Shown: positions 27,036 to 39,845 of the stretch, piece after piece
Layout of the letters: the number at the start of each line of letters is the position of its first letter
Numbering within the stretch: position 1 is the first letter of the stretch
Source: Octopus sinensis
Taxonomy: Eukaryota
Length of the DNA stretch: 64,000 nucleotides
Assembly: GCF_006345805.1 (NCBI RefSeq)
Contig: NC_043015.1
Span: 35,650,001 to 35,714,000, forward strand
Direction: 5' to 3'
The notes under the pieces: generated by a model
What the model saw: the letters and a program-made list of their open reading frames with translations, nothing else
The model's database searches: none
Told to the model about the DNA's origin: nothing
Program-made: the position numbers and the translations under genes

Positions 27036-29708
27036 ACATCCACACCCATTCTCACTCTCTTCCGCATAATTATATTTTATCACCACCACCACCAACAACA
27101 ACTACAACATCATCATCACCATTGTTATTGTTAGAAATACTTTTATGTGATGAGATTATTTTTGTTGAGTTCACATCCTACCTTTGTCAGCTTCGCCGTC
27201 AACTCGGCTGAGGCCAATAAAACACTATGCATATACGGCTAAGTAACTGTTCGGTCGCTGACGCCCGTTGAGGCAGACACTTGTATCCTCAACAATCACT
27301 AATCAAAATGTTTTACCTCTAATTTCATATCAATTTTGGAGAAATTCTCGTTTCTTTAGATCATCCCTACTAAAAATAATGCCATCCGTAAATTTCTTCC
27401 AGCTCTTTACCTTTTGAGGTCAAATTCTGCAGAGAGTTAACTTAGTATTTCATTATTCTGGGGTCAATAATTATAGATCTAAGCAAGCATTCAGCTTAAT
27501 TTGACCGACTAAAATTTTTCCTCAATTTCGCTGGTTTGCCGCCTAAATTAAGACGAAATTCCTTTATAAATATTGCCGTTGTTTTCTGTGGACTTGAACG
27601 TTGCACATGGCTTCGCTTTCAGGATATTTATTCCTGGGATTATCTAATGACAAAATAAGACAGAAAACTTTATGACATGTTTCTTCTTTTAACAGCGTAA
27701 GGTTTTCAGACGTGTTGGAGCAGGGGAGAGATTTGAACTTTTTGGCAAATACTCATCTGCTGCATTGCAACGCATTGCAAATGGCCGTCTCGGAAACACA
27801 ATAACAGTTGCTGACCACGGTTGTATTAGCAGTAACTTAAAGAAATATATCAGTTCAAACTTATAAAGCGAACTGCACCTGAGCATTTTATTCCGCATGT
27901 AAAGACTAGGTTGGGGCATTGCCAGGGGAATAACAAGTAAAAATAGCATGATATAAAAATATCATGAACACATGATTTACGGACTTGTTTTGGATAATGA
28001 AGAACAAAAATGCGAGTATTAATTTGAATGGAAAAATTGCCGTAAAAGCACGAATGAGACCAGCAACACAGCCGCCATAAAAAACAACGGCGACAGCTAC
28101 AATAAAAACAGCAACAACATCAACTAGAGTAACAACAACAGCAACATTTCCTCAAGTGTTAATTTTGTAGAAGCAACGAAGCAAATCAATTTGCACCAAA
28201 TCAAAGAAATGGAGGAGAATTACAGGATGTACTTCACAAAAGAGAGTACCTCCTTGCATGAGGAAAAAAGGGGGCAAGAAGCAAGATAGCTACATCTCCC
28301 TTTCATCTCCCCAAAATCAATATACATCCAACGAGTAAGTTTCAGAAGGTCTTTGGCAATGCGTAACACAAAGGACGAGGCTGGGTGCTTTCTTCCAAAC
28401 AAAACGTGCCTCCGTGATTCTGAACCAACACCAGTAAAAACCACCACCTAAAACGCTTTCGGATCTAAGATCCTTCTACATTCGTCCTTTCCGTTTGATT
28501 TGTTGGTTGTTAATGTAGGTGCTGGTTAAAGGCTCTGGAAGTAGAAGATGTACTTGCAGCCGTCGAGTCCATTCTGGTATTTAAGGTTGGGTGCTTTCTT
28601 TGTAATGAAGTGTCTCAACGATTTTACCAAATTGTTGACAGAAATAAATATTTAATTAAATATCTGGTACATACAATTGAGTCACTCTTCAATTATAATG
28701 GCCTGCATCAGCCTTAGTGTATGTACACTGTTTCTAGGCCATTTACGGCAATATTTGTACTGAGATAACTGCACTTAAGGACTTGGTCCGTTCAATATAC
28801 AGTTAGGATCAGACAGAGTGAAAGAGAAGGAAGAAGTAGAACGAGAAGACATACATACATACATACATGTGTGTGTGTGTGTGTGGACAGAGAAAGAGAG
28901 AGAGGAAATCGTTTCAGCACCAGTCAAAACAGCGTCATGCATTCGGGTGTTTTTCGCCCGTTTCAATGCTGCGTACTCCAATCCAGCCACTTGCTTGGAT
29001 GCGAATTCATCGCCTCTAATATAAGAAAATGGAATAAAGCCTTCACTAATAAAGCAAATATTTGGCGAAGCTGATTAGAAATCCGATATGGGCAGTTGAA
29101 GAGGTTCTAAATTAAAATAGCTATTTAGTTATCATACTCAATAACTCAACTGGCTCATCGACAGTGTGTGTCCAGATTAAATATGTTAAGCATAAGTCTA
29201 TTTTAATTAAATTGTCAAATCCTACCGCAGCAAACTTTTGTGTTTCATTCGTCCTTGGTAAAATAAGTACCAGTAACACAGGTAGTTTCAAAAGCATTCG
29301 TTATTCACCATCCCTTAATTCTAGTCTTCTTTCACAATAAGAACTAGGCGTATCCTGTTTCTGTCAGGGAATTTCATTATATTGCTTGAGTATTCAACAT
29401 CCAATTATAAAGCGCTCCCTAATGCATGTCATGCCAAGTTTCATTGGTGTTTAAACTACGGCCTCATTAGGATTCCTCTTAACATCATTGCTGTTCCTTA
29501 CACAACTCATATTTATCTATCTATCTATATATATATATATCTATCTATATATCTATCTGTGTGTGTATGTGTGTGTGCGTACGTAAGTTTATTCTTCTTA
29601 TAAAGCGCACACATACATAGACACAAACTCTACATATCCACACAACATCGAAACACACTCAGACATATGTGTGTATGTGTATACACACGAACACACACAC
29701 ATGCCTGC

Positions 29709-29764
<56 letters not shown>

Positions 29765-29767
<3 letters not shown>

Positions 29768-29965
29768 TAATCCAAACAAGAAAGCACAAAAACACAACAA
29801 CGCGAGGACGTGGAATAAATATAGTATTATTGGACGCTCAGGAAAGAAGGAGGGTTTAACGTTTCGAGCGGAGCTCTTCGTCGGAAACATAGGAGAAGGA
29901 AAGATCCAGAGAAGGGAAGACAGAGGGGAAAAAATCGCCAACGGTATACACACGGTCACATTTTG
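29765..29965 (-). mobile_element. PLE pseudo-LTR-type repeat carrying a minimal hammerhead, flanked by (TA)n
   Basis: Contains the hammerhead at 29854-29888 and abuts a (TA)n tract. Confidence 0.55.
29854..29888 (-). ncRNA. minimal type I hammerhead ribozyme (U4C variant)
   Basis: Minus strand gttt CCGACGA a gagc tcc gctc GAAA cg tt aaac: stem I gttt/aaac, stem II gagc/gctc, palindromic ACGU stem III. Confidence 0.65.
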
Positions 29966-30740
29966 AATGTGTATTTAGATATTCATGCATTGAATCACCC
30001 GACTTATCAATATACAAATACAAATGTTTATACATATATGTTTATATATATATATATATATTATATATATATATATATATACATGTGTATGTGCGTATGT
30101 GTAATACACATACAGTGTGTTGAAAGCTGTTAGGTAAAACAAACATTTAAAATCTACACGAAATATAAAACTCCTTTACATTTATTTATTTATTATTATT
30201 ATTATTTTTATTATTATATCCCAATATAATATGAAAATATGAAATATCAGACTAATGAAAGATACATTCATAGACAGACAGACAGACATGAAAAATCATG
30301 TTTCTCTGCCCCCAGGAATATTCCAAATTTTTTTCTGCTCTGCTAAGTGACATGTTAAGGCACACACTCACCAATTCCTTTCCATTTATAATTCTTACGT
30401 AGAGAGAGAGGAACTTTCAATTCTATGAACATATTGCTATTCGTCTTTCGAATTATTCCAATCTGGTGATATATGGATGTTGTATATGACCTACATAATA
30501 CAACTCATCAACAAAGATTATTTTGTCTCTCTTTTTCATTTTTATGCTCGCGTATAAATTCCTAATTTATGAAGAATTTAATACCACGTCTATTTATAAG
30601 AAATGTCGCAGTCTTTCACTCGTTGAGTTAGTAATCTTTTATGTATTTTCCTTCGCAAACAAATATGTTTCCATGCCAGCCAATGTATACTGCTCTACAA
30701 TTACTGACGGATTCATTCATCATTAATATTTCGATGTAAA

Positions 30741-31130
30741 GCGCGTGGCCTGGTGGTTAAAGCGTTTGGTTCATCGCTGTTTTATTTTGATTCAGTTCCA
30801 AGACTGTGCGAAGCGTTTTAGGTTGGAACAAGGGCAACATTTCATTTTATATTGCCCCACTCGACCCAGCTGTTGATCATGCTTACCAGCCGGAGAGAAG
30901 TTTCGTCTGTTTTTCTCAATTGTTTCTTATTGGAAGTTTCGCTGGGACAAGAATGAATGGGCCAAGAAGGATCCATATGAACACAAAGGCACCCAAAACA
31001 ATTTGCGAAAGCGCCTTGCATCTACCCCAGTGATATCCACCTGCGAGTGGTGGCTCAGAGCACGTTGCATTATGTTTGCAGAGCTCTGACAATGTTATAC
31101 TTCTCTGGTGCAGCCAAACAGGCAGAAATA
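30741..31130 (+). mobile_element. degraded tRNA-derived SINE
   Basis: gcgcgtggcctggtggttaaagcg head; catttcattttatattgccccactcgacccagctg body. Confidence 0.55.
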
Positions 31131-31722
31131 TCTCCATATTATCTCCCATATTTAACAAAAATATCTACAGTTATATCATTGACTTATTTTTCTCATCCCA
31201 CACTTATATTTAAATTTATTATTATTCTAATGGGGCACACAGCATTAAATTTGTGGTCACCCATAGATTTTTACTGAATGTAGAATTACAATGCTAATTA
31301 TTAAACAGTCGTATTTCTTCAGGCAGAAAAAATACATATATACATACGCACACAAACACATATGTATGTGTATACATACACTCACACACACACTCACATA
31401 TACACTCATTTCCGGTCTGAGAATTGACCCTACAATCTAGTGATCGTGAGTTTACAACCTGACACGTAGAATATGCACCTTCACTATTTGTGTGCGTGAG
31501 TGTTTATGTAATTCTGAGCGTTGGTTTATTTATGTCCCTGTTTCTTGTAAGCTAGTGATTCGGCAGAAAAGGCAATAAATCACTACCAGGAAGAAGCGAG
31601 TAAAAGATAAGATCTAAAAATATGGAGAATGCATGGGAAATCACCGGTAAATATAGAGCAAAGTTTTGTAAAATAGACGCCGCAGACGAAGAGAGGTTTT
31701 GGTTAGTAGAAAGGAAGATGGC

Positions 31723-31761
31723 TCCGACTTGTTTCCATTCTTATGTGAAGCTCATCAGGAA
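31723..31761 (-). ncRNA. degenerate minimal hammerhead-like motif
   Basis: Minus strand ttc CTGATGA gcttcacataagaatg GAAA caag TC gga; the base of stem II is mismatched. Confidence 0.45.
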
Positions 31762-32439
31762 TGGTTTATATCTCATTCAATCTGAACTAGAAATAGAATA
31801 CAACGTCTTCTTACGAATAATATAAACAAGCAATTTATAATCATAGAACAATTTTGTGTTGTTTCGTCGACATTTCAAGCCAATATATTTAAAACAAACG
31901 ACACATTGCAAGCTGTAATCCAAGATACGCAATGTCCTAAAATTGTGGAATCATCACAGCACAATGTTTAAACACAAGAATGCATGTTTTTTTTTTCAAG
32001 AACGACCCGGGTCAAAGCATCAACGAAAACAACAACACATTCAACAATAAAAACCAGCGTTTCTCTATTCATTAGACGCCATTTTGCCCACTTCCATATA
32101 AATTGTTTCATTTGTGACATCCGTGTGATTGTAATCCGCCCATATGTCACAACGTATAAGAAGGTTAATAAGAAGCTGACAATTCGGCGTCACCGCTGCC
32201 GCTGTCACTACTATTAACTCTACTGCTGCAACGACTACTGCTAGAGCTGCCTTATTTCCTGATCAAGAACAAAACAATAGTGTTTTCAAAGAAACAATTC
32301 AGTTAAGTTGAAGTCAAATTTTCCATTAGAACCAAACCCTTACAACATCAGACGTACTTCGCTATTTCCATGACATCCACTTCATAAAAACACTTATCTC
32401 AATGTCTTATTATTTAGGATATAAAATCACATATGTCTA

Positions 32440-33015
32440 CTTGTGTATGATATACGAATGAGTGTATGTATGCATGTATATATGTATGTGTGTATGTATA
32501 TATGTTTGTGCGTGTGTGTATATATATATGTTTGTGTGTGTACATATATATGTTTGTGTGTGTATATATATATATATATGTTTGTGTGTGTATATATATA
32601 TATGTTTGTGTGTGTATATATATATGTTTGTATATATATATATATATATATGTTTGTGCATATATATATATATATATGTTTGTGCATATATATATATATA
32701 ATGTTTGTGCTATATAATATATATATATATGTTGTGCATATATATATATATATATGTTTGTGCCATATATATATATATATATATGTTTGTGCATATATAT
32801 ATATATATATATATGTTTGTGCATATATATATATATATGTTTGTGCATATATATATATAGATATATATATATGTTTGTGCATATATATATATGTATATAT
32901 ATATATTTTGTGATATATATATATATATATGTTTGTGCATATATATATATATTGTTGTATATATATATATATTGTGATATTAATATATATATATGTGTAT
33001 ATATATAGATATTTG

Positions 33016-33049
<34 letters not shown>

Positions 33050-33228
33050 TTTGTGTATATATATATATATATATATATATTTGTGTATATATATATATAT
33101 ATATATATATTTGTGTATATATATATATATATATAGTATATATATATATATATATATATAATATATTTGTGTAATATATATATATATATTATATATATAT
33201 TATATTAATATATATATATATATATATA
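32440..33228. repeat. (TA)n-TGTTTGTGCA compound minisatellite
   Basis: Repeated tgtttgtgca/tttgtgta units separated by variable TA runs. Confidence 0.9.
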
Positions 33229-33488
33229 TCACGTGACCGACCAGACCATCAGATGTTATACACCGGTGGTCACAATGCGTTCGCATTGTTTTAGCCTTCG
33301 AATGACGCCACCCCGCTGGCTAAGCGAGCAGGCCAACAGAAGAAAGAGTGAGAGAAAGAGTGGTGAAAGAGTACAGCAGGGATCACCACCCCTGCCGGAG
33401 ACCCGTGGAGCTTTTAGGTGTTTTCGCTCAATAAACACTCACAACGCCCGGTCTGGGAATCGAAACCACTATCCTGCGACCGCGAGTC

Positions 33489-33489
<1 letters not shown>
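33229..33489 (-). mobile_element. tRNA-derived SINE family C
   Basis: Reverse complement matches 52170-52478 along its length. Confidence 0.9.
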
Positions 33490-33534
<45 letters not shown>

Positions 33535-33539
33535 TGTAC

Positions 33540-33599
<60 letters not shown>

Positions 33600-33601
<2 letters not shown>

Positions 33602-33945
33602 AGGTGGATTGGCCCAGTGGTTTGGGCAGCGGCCTTGCAGTCATAGGATCGCGGTTGTGAGTATTTATTGAGCGAAGACACCTAAATCTCGACGAGGCTC
33701 CGGCAGAGGGCGGTGGTGAACCCTGCTGTAGTCTTTCACCTTAACTTTATCTCACTCTTTCTTCCTGTTTCTGTTGTACCTGTATTTCAAAGGGCCAGCC
33801 TTGTCCAATCTGTGTCACGCTGTATCTCCCCGAGAACTACGTTAAGGGTACACGTGTCTGTGAAGTGCACGCTAATTTCACGAGCAGGCTGCTCCGCTCA
33901 TCGGATCACCTGGAACCATCGTCGTCGTAACCGACGGAGTGCCAC
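33600..33945 (+). mobile_element. SINE with family C head/body and a different 3' tail
   Basis: ggaggtggattggcccagtggtt...gtgagtatttattgagcgaagacacctaaa...cgaggctccggcag is shared with family C; it diverges after ctctttcttc and ends gtcgtaaccgacggagtgcc. Confidence 0.85.
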
Positions 33946-34367
33946 TATATATATATGTGTGTGTATATTGTTTAATATACACAGATTATATTTATGACCT
34001 ACTACTGTAGTTTCATACATTGAAGATATTTTCTAGGTAGCTTTTAATAGCACGACTTGTATCTCCAACCAATTTTACATGGCTTATAGAAGTTTCAAAT
34101 CAGGACGATAGAAGACAAATCACGAGAAAAACTAGGAGGTGGATGCAAAATGTGGAAGGGTGAAAGAAACGGAGTCATGCAAAGTCATAAAGCTGGTTGA
34201 TAGAGAATCATCGGAAGGAGTCGAAAGCCTACAATACAGCTGCTCAAACCAGAGAGGATGGTGTGACCCATCTCATGTGTGAGTGTGTGTATGTATATAT
34301 ACATACATACACACACACACATATATATATTTATATGTGTGTGTGTGTGTGTGTGTGTGAAACACAC

Positions 34368-34640
34368 AGTGCCTAGTTGGTTAGGGTGTTGCACTCAATA
34401 TCTAGCGATCGGGATTTCAATTCCAAGGCTGGGTGGTGCGCTGGTTTGTTGTGCAAAACACTTCATCTTGCGTTGCTCTGCGATCACTTCGACACTTGAC
34501 GCGTGGCACACCGTGGCACCTATTGAGCCACCTTCGATTTGATGGAGAGAGTGAACTAATGTGTTGCACGACCACTATCAGCAAATCATTTGTGCATGTC
34601 GTTCCGCAAAAGCAGAGCGCTCACGGAAGAGTCCCTCGTA
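34368..34640 (+). mobile_element. tRNA-derived SINE (separate family)
   Basis: gcctagttggttagggtgttgcactc...gatttcaattcc A/B-box-like head; aaaacacttcatcttgcgttgctc body. Confidence 0.65.
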
Positions 34641-35019
34641 TATATATGCATGGATATTCTGCTAAGAGAGTAACACGAAATACAGAAAATGAAAACAAAT
34701 CGACCGTATTGAATTTGTAAAGTGTTTTAAACCAACAGAAACCAACTAAGTTATGCTGTATTGAGCTCAGAAGAAGGGCAAAATAAAGTTAACAACAGCA
34801 ATTATGACACTGAAAATGAGGGAAAAATTATATTATATAGAAATATTTCGTATGTTCTCTCACTAAAGAGAAAAAGATCTCTCAAAATAATAATGAAGCA
34901 ACATACATTATAAACCCTGCGCGGTTCTCTCATCTTAAACCTTCCTTTTATTTCTTAATAAATTCTATCTCTCTCTTACTCTGAAAGCAACTGTAGGTGG
35001 CAGCACCAACAGTCGCCAG

Positions 35020-36605
35020 TCAAATTCGACCTTCGACGCCACTGATATTCTAGAAGCAATGAAAGAAATCAAATTTGGTTCAGCAATGGATCCGGGCAGG
35101 TTCCCTGCTAGAGTGCTGAAGGGATGCAAACAGAAACTTGCAGCTCCCCTTGCGAACTCTGGATGCCGGTCATGTCCCTCAAAACCGTCTCCCTCTGTCA
35201 GTCGTTCTCATCTTTAAAAAGGGGAATAAATCGCTCCCTGTAAACTACCGTTCAATCTCACTCACCTCACATATCATCAAAGTATTTGAGAGAGTGTTGA
35301 GATCAAGAATAACAGCCTTCCTAGAACAAAATCCTCTCCTAAATTGCAGCCAGCATGGCTTTCATGGTGGAAGGAGCAGTCTAATACGACTCTTCCACCA
35401 CTTTGATGACATCATAAAGTGAGGGTTCCAACGCAGATGTCATATACCTTGATTTCAGTAAGGCATTTGATAGAGTCGACCACAATATACTGTTAAAGAA
35501 ACTACCCAACGCTGGAGTCGGTAAAAAGCTACTTCAATGGATTAGGTGTCTCTTAACATACAGGACCCAGGATGTTGTGGTTGATGGCATCTACTCAAGA
35601 CCAGAAAAATAGTCAGAGGAGTCCCGCAGACTACTGTGCTGGGACCACTTCTTTTATTGTCTATATCAATGACATTGCAGATTCCATTGAACATAGCACC
35701 ATTAAAATAATTGCAGATGACTCTAAGCTCCAGAAAGTCATTAAGGGAGCATATGACCGAACAAAGCTTCAATCGGACCTATGAGCACTAACCCAGTGGA
35801 CACACACAAAAACAAATGCAGTTGAACGAAGAAAAATTTGAGCTCATCAACTTTGGAAGAGAGGGCACACTCAAACAACCATATAGACTACCGTCGGGAG
35901 ACCTACTTGAACCGTCGGTTAATATCAGGGACTTAGGTGTAACTGTCGACAGCAACCTTAACAACAAAAAAGTCGATGTTCTCCACAGAATATGCTCATG
36001 GATTCTCAGAAGTTTGCTATCTAGGGATCATGAAACCATCATCCTTCTCTTCTCCCCATTCACTAGGCCCCACCTCGAATACCGCTGCCTATTGTGGTCC
36101 CCCTACAAAAAAAAAAAAGACAATGTGGATCGAAGCTCCACAAACATCAATCACGAAAAAATGGCATGATGGGACTTAAACAGCTGAAACTATTCTCAGC
36201 AACGCCGCCGCCGCGAGCGACACATTATTTGCGCCATGTGGAAAATATTCCACTAATATTACCCAAATGATAGAGGTATTATGTTTACAATACACCCAAT
36301 ACTAGGCTCCCTAGCAATGCGTTCCCTACAAAGGTCGAGATCACATCATATAAGAACATTGTAATAAAATTTCTTCACTAATAATGGTCCTGCTCTTCTC
36401 AATGTTATCTCGAAAGAAATTAGATAAAGATCCAAGTTTCAACAGGATACCTTAAGACAAACTCCTCCAGGAAATACCGGATAAACCACCTGGATACTCT
36501 CCGCCTGAGTGGTCCAAGATGTCTCGAAATAATTAACTAAAATACCTTTCCATGTGGTGCTACTGAGTTAGTTATGGCCTGGGCCGATAATGACCGAAAC
36601 CAATC
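35020..36605 (+). mobile_element. 5'-truncated CR1-clade LINE (RT pseudogene plus 3' UTR)
   Basis: IFKKGNKSLPVNYRSISLTSHIIKVFER, SQHGF, DVIYLDFSKAFDRVDH, GVPQ..VLGPLLFIVYINDI, IADDSKL, RDLGVTVD, RPHLEY, with multiple frameshifts. Confidence 0.95.
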
Positions 36606-36612
36606 TACGTTA

Positions 36613-36944
36613 GGTACTACTAATGAACAGTGGTCCCGGTGCGCGCTCTCGCGCATCCGTGCAAGCTAGTCGTAAGTAGTCGATCCTACAACGACTTGCG
36701 CATATGTTTGTATTTCAAGGCTGAATACATATCAAAGAAAATTAAATAATATTTTTCGAACAAAGTAAATAAAACGCAAAATAAATAATTTTAAAAACTA
36801 AGTAAATAAATTATTTTTATAAACAAACTAAGGTTAGGGTTAGGTTTAAAAAATTAGGGTTAGGTTTAAAAAGTCGATTGCTTACGACTAGCTAGCGCCG
36901 ATGCGTGAGTGCGCGCACCGAGACCACTGTTCGCTAGTAGTACC
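36613..36944. mobile_element. MITE with ~71-bp TIRs and internal TTAGGG-like repeats
   Basis: ggtactactaatgaacagtggtcccggtgcgcgc...gctagtcgtaag pairs with cttacgactagc...gcgcgcaccgagaccactgttcgctagtagtacc. Confidence 0.9.
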
Positions 36945-36955
36945 ATAATCTAAGT

Positions 36956-36991
<36 letters not shown>

Positions 36992-37399
36992 CGCACAACA
37001 AGAAATAATATTTGTCTCTTATTATAGAAAGAAAAGGGTTTACAAGACTGTAAAAGAAGTTCTCAAATATAAATGAAACGAAGATAAAGAAGCATCGGTT
37101 ATAGAGGAAACTTTAAATTTGGGTCAACGACTTTACATAAAACACCACCCCTCAAACATTTAATCATATATAAAAAAAGACACCATGATCTACAAACACA
37201 TAAAAAAAAAACATTTACATAAAATCACAGAAGGTAAAAATATATATTCTAATAAAAAACAAATAGAACGGCGCATCATAAGTTACATTTAACGACTAAA
37301 AATTCAAAACTACCACAAAGCCTAATGGACAAATATGAAATAAATATAAATAAACATAAAAATAGAATAAGTGTCCAGCGACGAAAAAGGTTTTTATCA

Positions 37400-38330
37400 G
37401 GCGATTAAAATATTTTAAGAAAATAACAATTTTTTTTTTATAAAGAAATATTTGAAAATATTTTTGCAAAGAAATATTTGAAAAAGGCTTTTACTTACCT
37501 CACGGAAGTATGTCCAAAGTTCATAAGTAATCAGGTAAAATCCACATATATCTTGGAGAAAGTCTTTTACTCCCTTCACACGAGTACTTTCAAAGTTCAT
37601 AATAAAAACAGATACCACCGGTCAAATTCAACATTCACATATATCCATGGCCATTTCGGGACCGCAGTTCACAAGGATAAACATGAAACATCCGCAAATG
37701 GAAAAAAAATTATGAAAGTCTTATGCTTGTTATTGAGAAGCTTATATAATTTAAAAAGAACCTATCAGGGGACCAGTCCGAATTTTCTACAGAAAGAAAA
37801 GGAAGAGGCTATTATTGCTAAACACGCAGGTGGCTGTAATTAACAGAAATTTAACGTCGCCGGTTTCAAATTCCCGTAACGCTAAACAATGTTATTACAT
37901 TTCTTTTTATTTCTATATACGTTGAACCAGGTGGACGAAAACCTATGCCTGCAAAAAGGGGTCAACTCAGTAAATATATTTAAAGTTTTTGGCCCAAAAG
38001 ATTTAAGGATTGCAAGCGATTCCTTTACACACAACTTACACTTATTTATATTTACTCTGAAGCAAGGGTCTCTCGAAATAACGGACCATTCAAGAGAATA
38101 ACTCTTATTATTCCTGTTTTGATCGTGTAAATAAGATGCGAGTGTAATAGAGTTACAGTAATTTTTGTTTCCGAACAAGTTCATGTGGGCCCTCTATCTA
38201 GCCCTAAAATTTACTGCACCACCTACAAAAAACTTATTAAAATTTTCCTCATCCTTAACATCGCATTTATATATTGCATTAGTAATTAGACAGTACACGT
38301 CAAAATGTGATGAGCAAAATGTCGCTATTT
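37400..38330 (-). mobile_element. Penelope-like element 3' part: GIY-YIG remnant (37882-38330) plus downstream pseudo-LTR-like region
   Basis: CLITNAIYKCDV...FFVG...FRAR*RAH...SITLASYL...YSLEWSVI...CKLCVKESLAI...TLN...EL...CRH. Confidence 0.85.
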
Positions 38331-38334
38331 TATA

Positions 38335-39141
38335 CTTTCAATTACGCGCATGCGCATTTTTTGTTTTTGATTTCGTCGACTACACAGTTTAGTAGGGTCA
38401 GTTGGGCACCGTCTGTGAGAAAAATAACACCATGACGCAATTCACACTGGCAGAAATTTGGAAACGACATGCTGTACTGCTTGGCATTCACGTTGGAAGC
38501 TCCACTACAAACAGGTACCGAGAGAGATAAAAATGAAACATCCAGTGAACATCATGGTGTTTGGAGTGATCACTAGTGATGGTGACATTATACCTCCATT
38601 CATATTCTCGCACGGCTTCACACTCAACACGGAGGCCTACATCAAATGCCTGGAGGAGATAGTGCTACCGTGGGTCAAGAGGGTGGCTTCTGGAAGACCC
38701 TGTGCCTGGCAACAGGACTCTGCATCGTACCACACAAGCAGGAGAACCCATTCATGGCTGTCTGACAATTTTTGCGACCGTATTATCCCTAAAATCTGGC
38801 CACCTAACTCCCCAGACTGCAAGCCTCTTGATTATTATATGTAGGACACAGTTGAGTGAAAGACCAACAAAATTCCTTGTAACACCAAAGATGAACTAAA
38901 GGCAAGGATTATGGCAGCATTCACCAACTCAAACAAAGAGACCGTCCAGAGGTGTTGCAGGGATCCCGAACTCGTTTCGACGCTGTGGTTGAGGCCAATG
39001 GCGATTTTATTGAATAAATTTACTCTTTAGCATTTCAAGATATTTCTTATGAAATTTTGTTAAATATAACTGTGGAAACGAGACGTCAGTGTTATTTTCA
39101 TTTTTGCGTAATTTAGACGTCAAAATATTCATCGGAACCTG
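38335..39141 (+). mobile_element. internally deleted Tc1/mariner transposon, DD37D (maT-type)
   Basis: KHPVNIMVFGVITSDG...WQQDSASYH...WPPNSPDCKPLDYY, with 37 residues between the 2nd and 3rd catalytic Asp. The right end ...atcggaacctg is followed by TA. The N-terminus MTQFTLAEIWKRHAV is fused to the mid-catalytic region. Confidence 0.9.
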
Positions 39142-39154
39142 TACTGTGTATGTG

Positions 39155-39208
<54 letters not shown>

Positions 39209-39279
39209 CACTCGGCGGAAAAGGACTTTGGAAGAATTTTTGATGGAAATAATCGGTAGTGTCGAACCAGCAGCAGCAG

Positions 39280-39342
39280 ACACAGCTGTAGTGGTGATGG
39301 TGGTAGTTGTGGTGGTAGTGGTGGTGGTGGTGGTGGTGGTGG

Positions 39343-39437
<95 letters not shown>

Positions 39438-39440
39438 ATA
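39280..39440. repeat. (GTG)(TTA)(GTA) trinucleotide array
   Basis: Directly visible. Confidence 0.95.
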
Positions 39441-39611
39441 TACTGTTACTTCATCTCCATTTCCACGGAAAAATATGAAAATAAGGTAAACACAGATATA
39501 TACACCCTAAGATCCAACACACAGACACGCATGCATATATACAATCAGACATTCAAACACACACACACGTACTTCTGTGGATATCTAAGTATACATATAT
39601 ATATATAATAT

Positions 39612-39648
<37 letters not shown>

Positions 39649-39758
39649 CACATAGACACACACAGAGTCAAACTCACATACTCTCTCACACACATGTGCG
39701 CACACACACAAACACGCACGCATACGTATAGAAAGACCATCAGACAATCTCCCCTTAC

Positions 39759-39845
39759 GCTTCTAAAGACTCTCAATGAACCATCGTCTTCACGTGATCG
39801 TTTCATTTCTTGCAAATATCTTCGTCCAATGCTTGTTTTAGACAT
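39759..39845 (-). CDS. candidate first coding exon MSKTSIGRRYLQEMKRSREDDGSLRVFRS of an unidentified host gene
   Basis: Non-repetitive island; ATG-initiated 29 codons ending exactly at a phase-0 donor AGC|GTAAGG. No homolog recognised. Confidence 0.35.
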
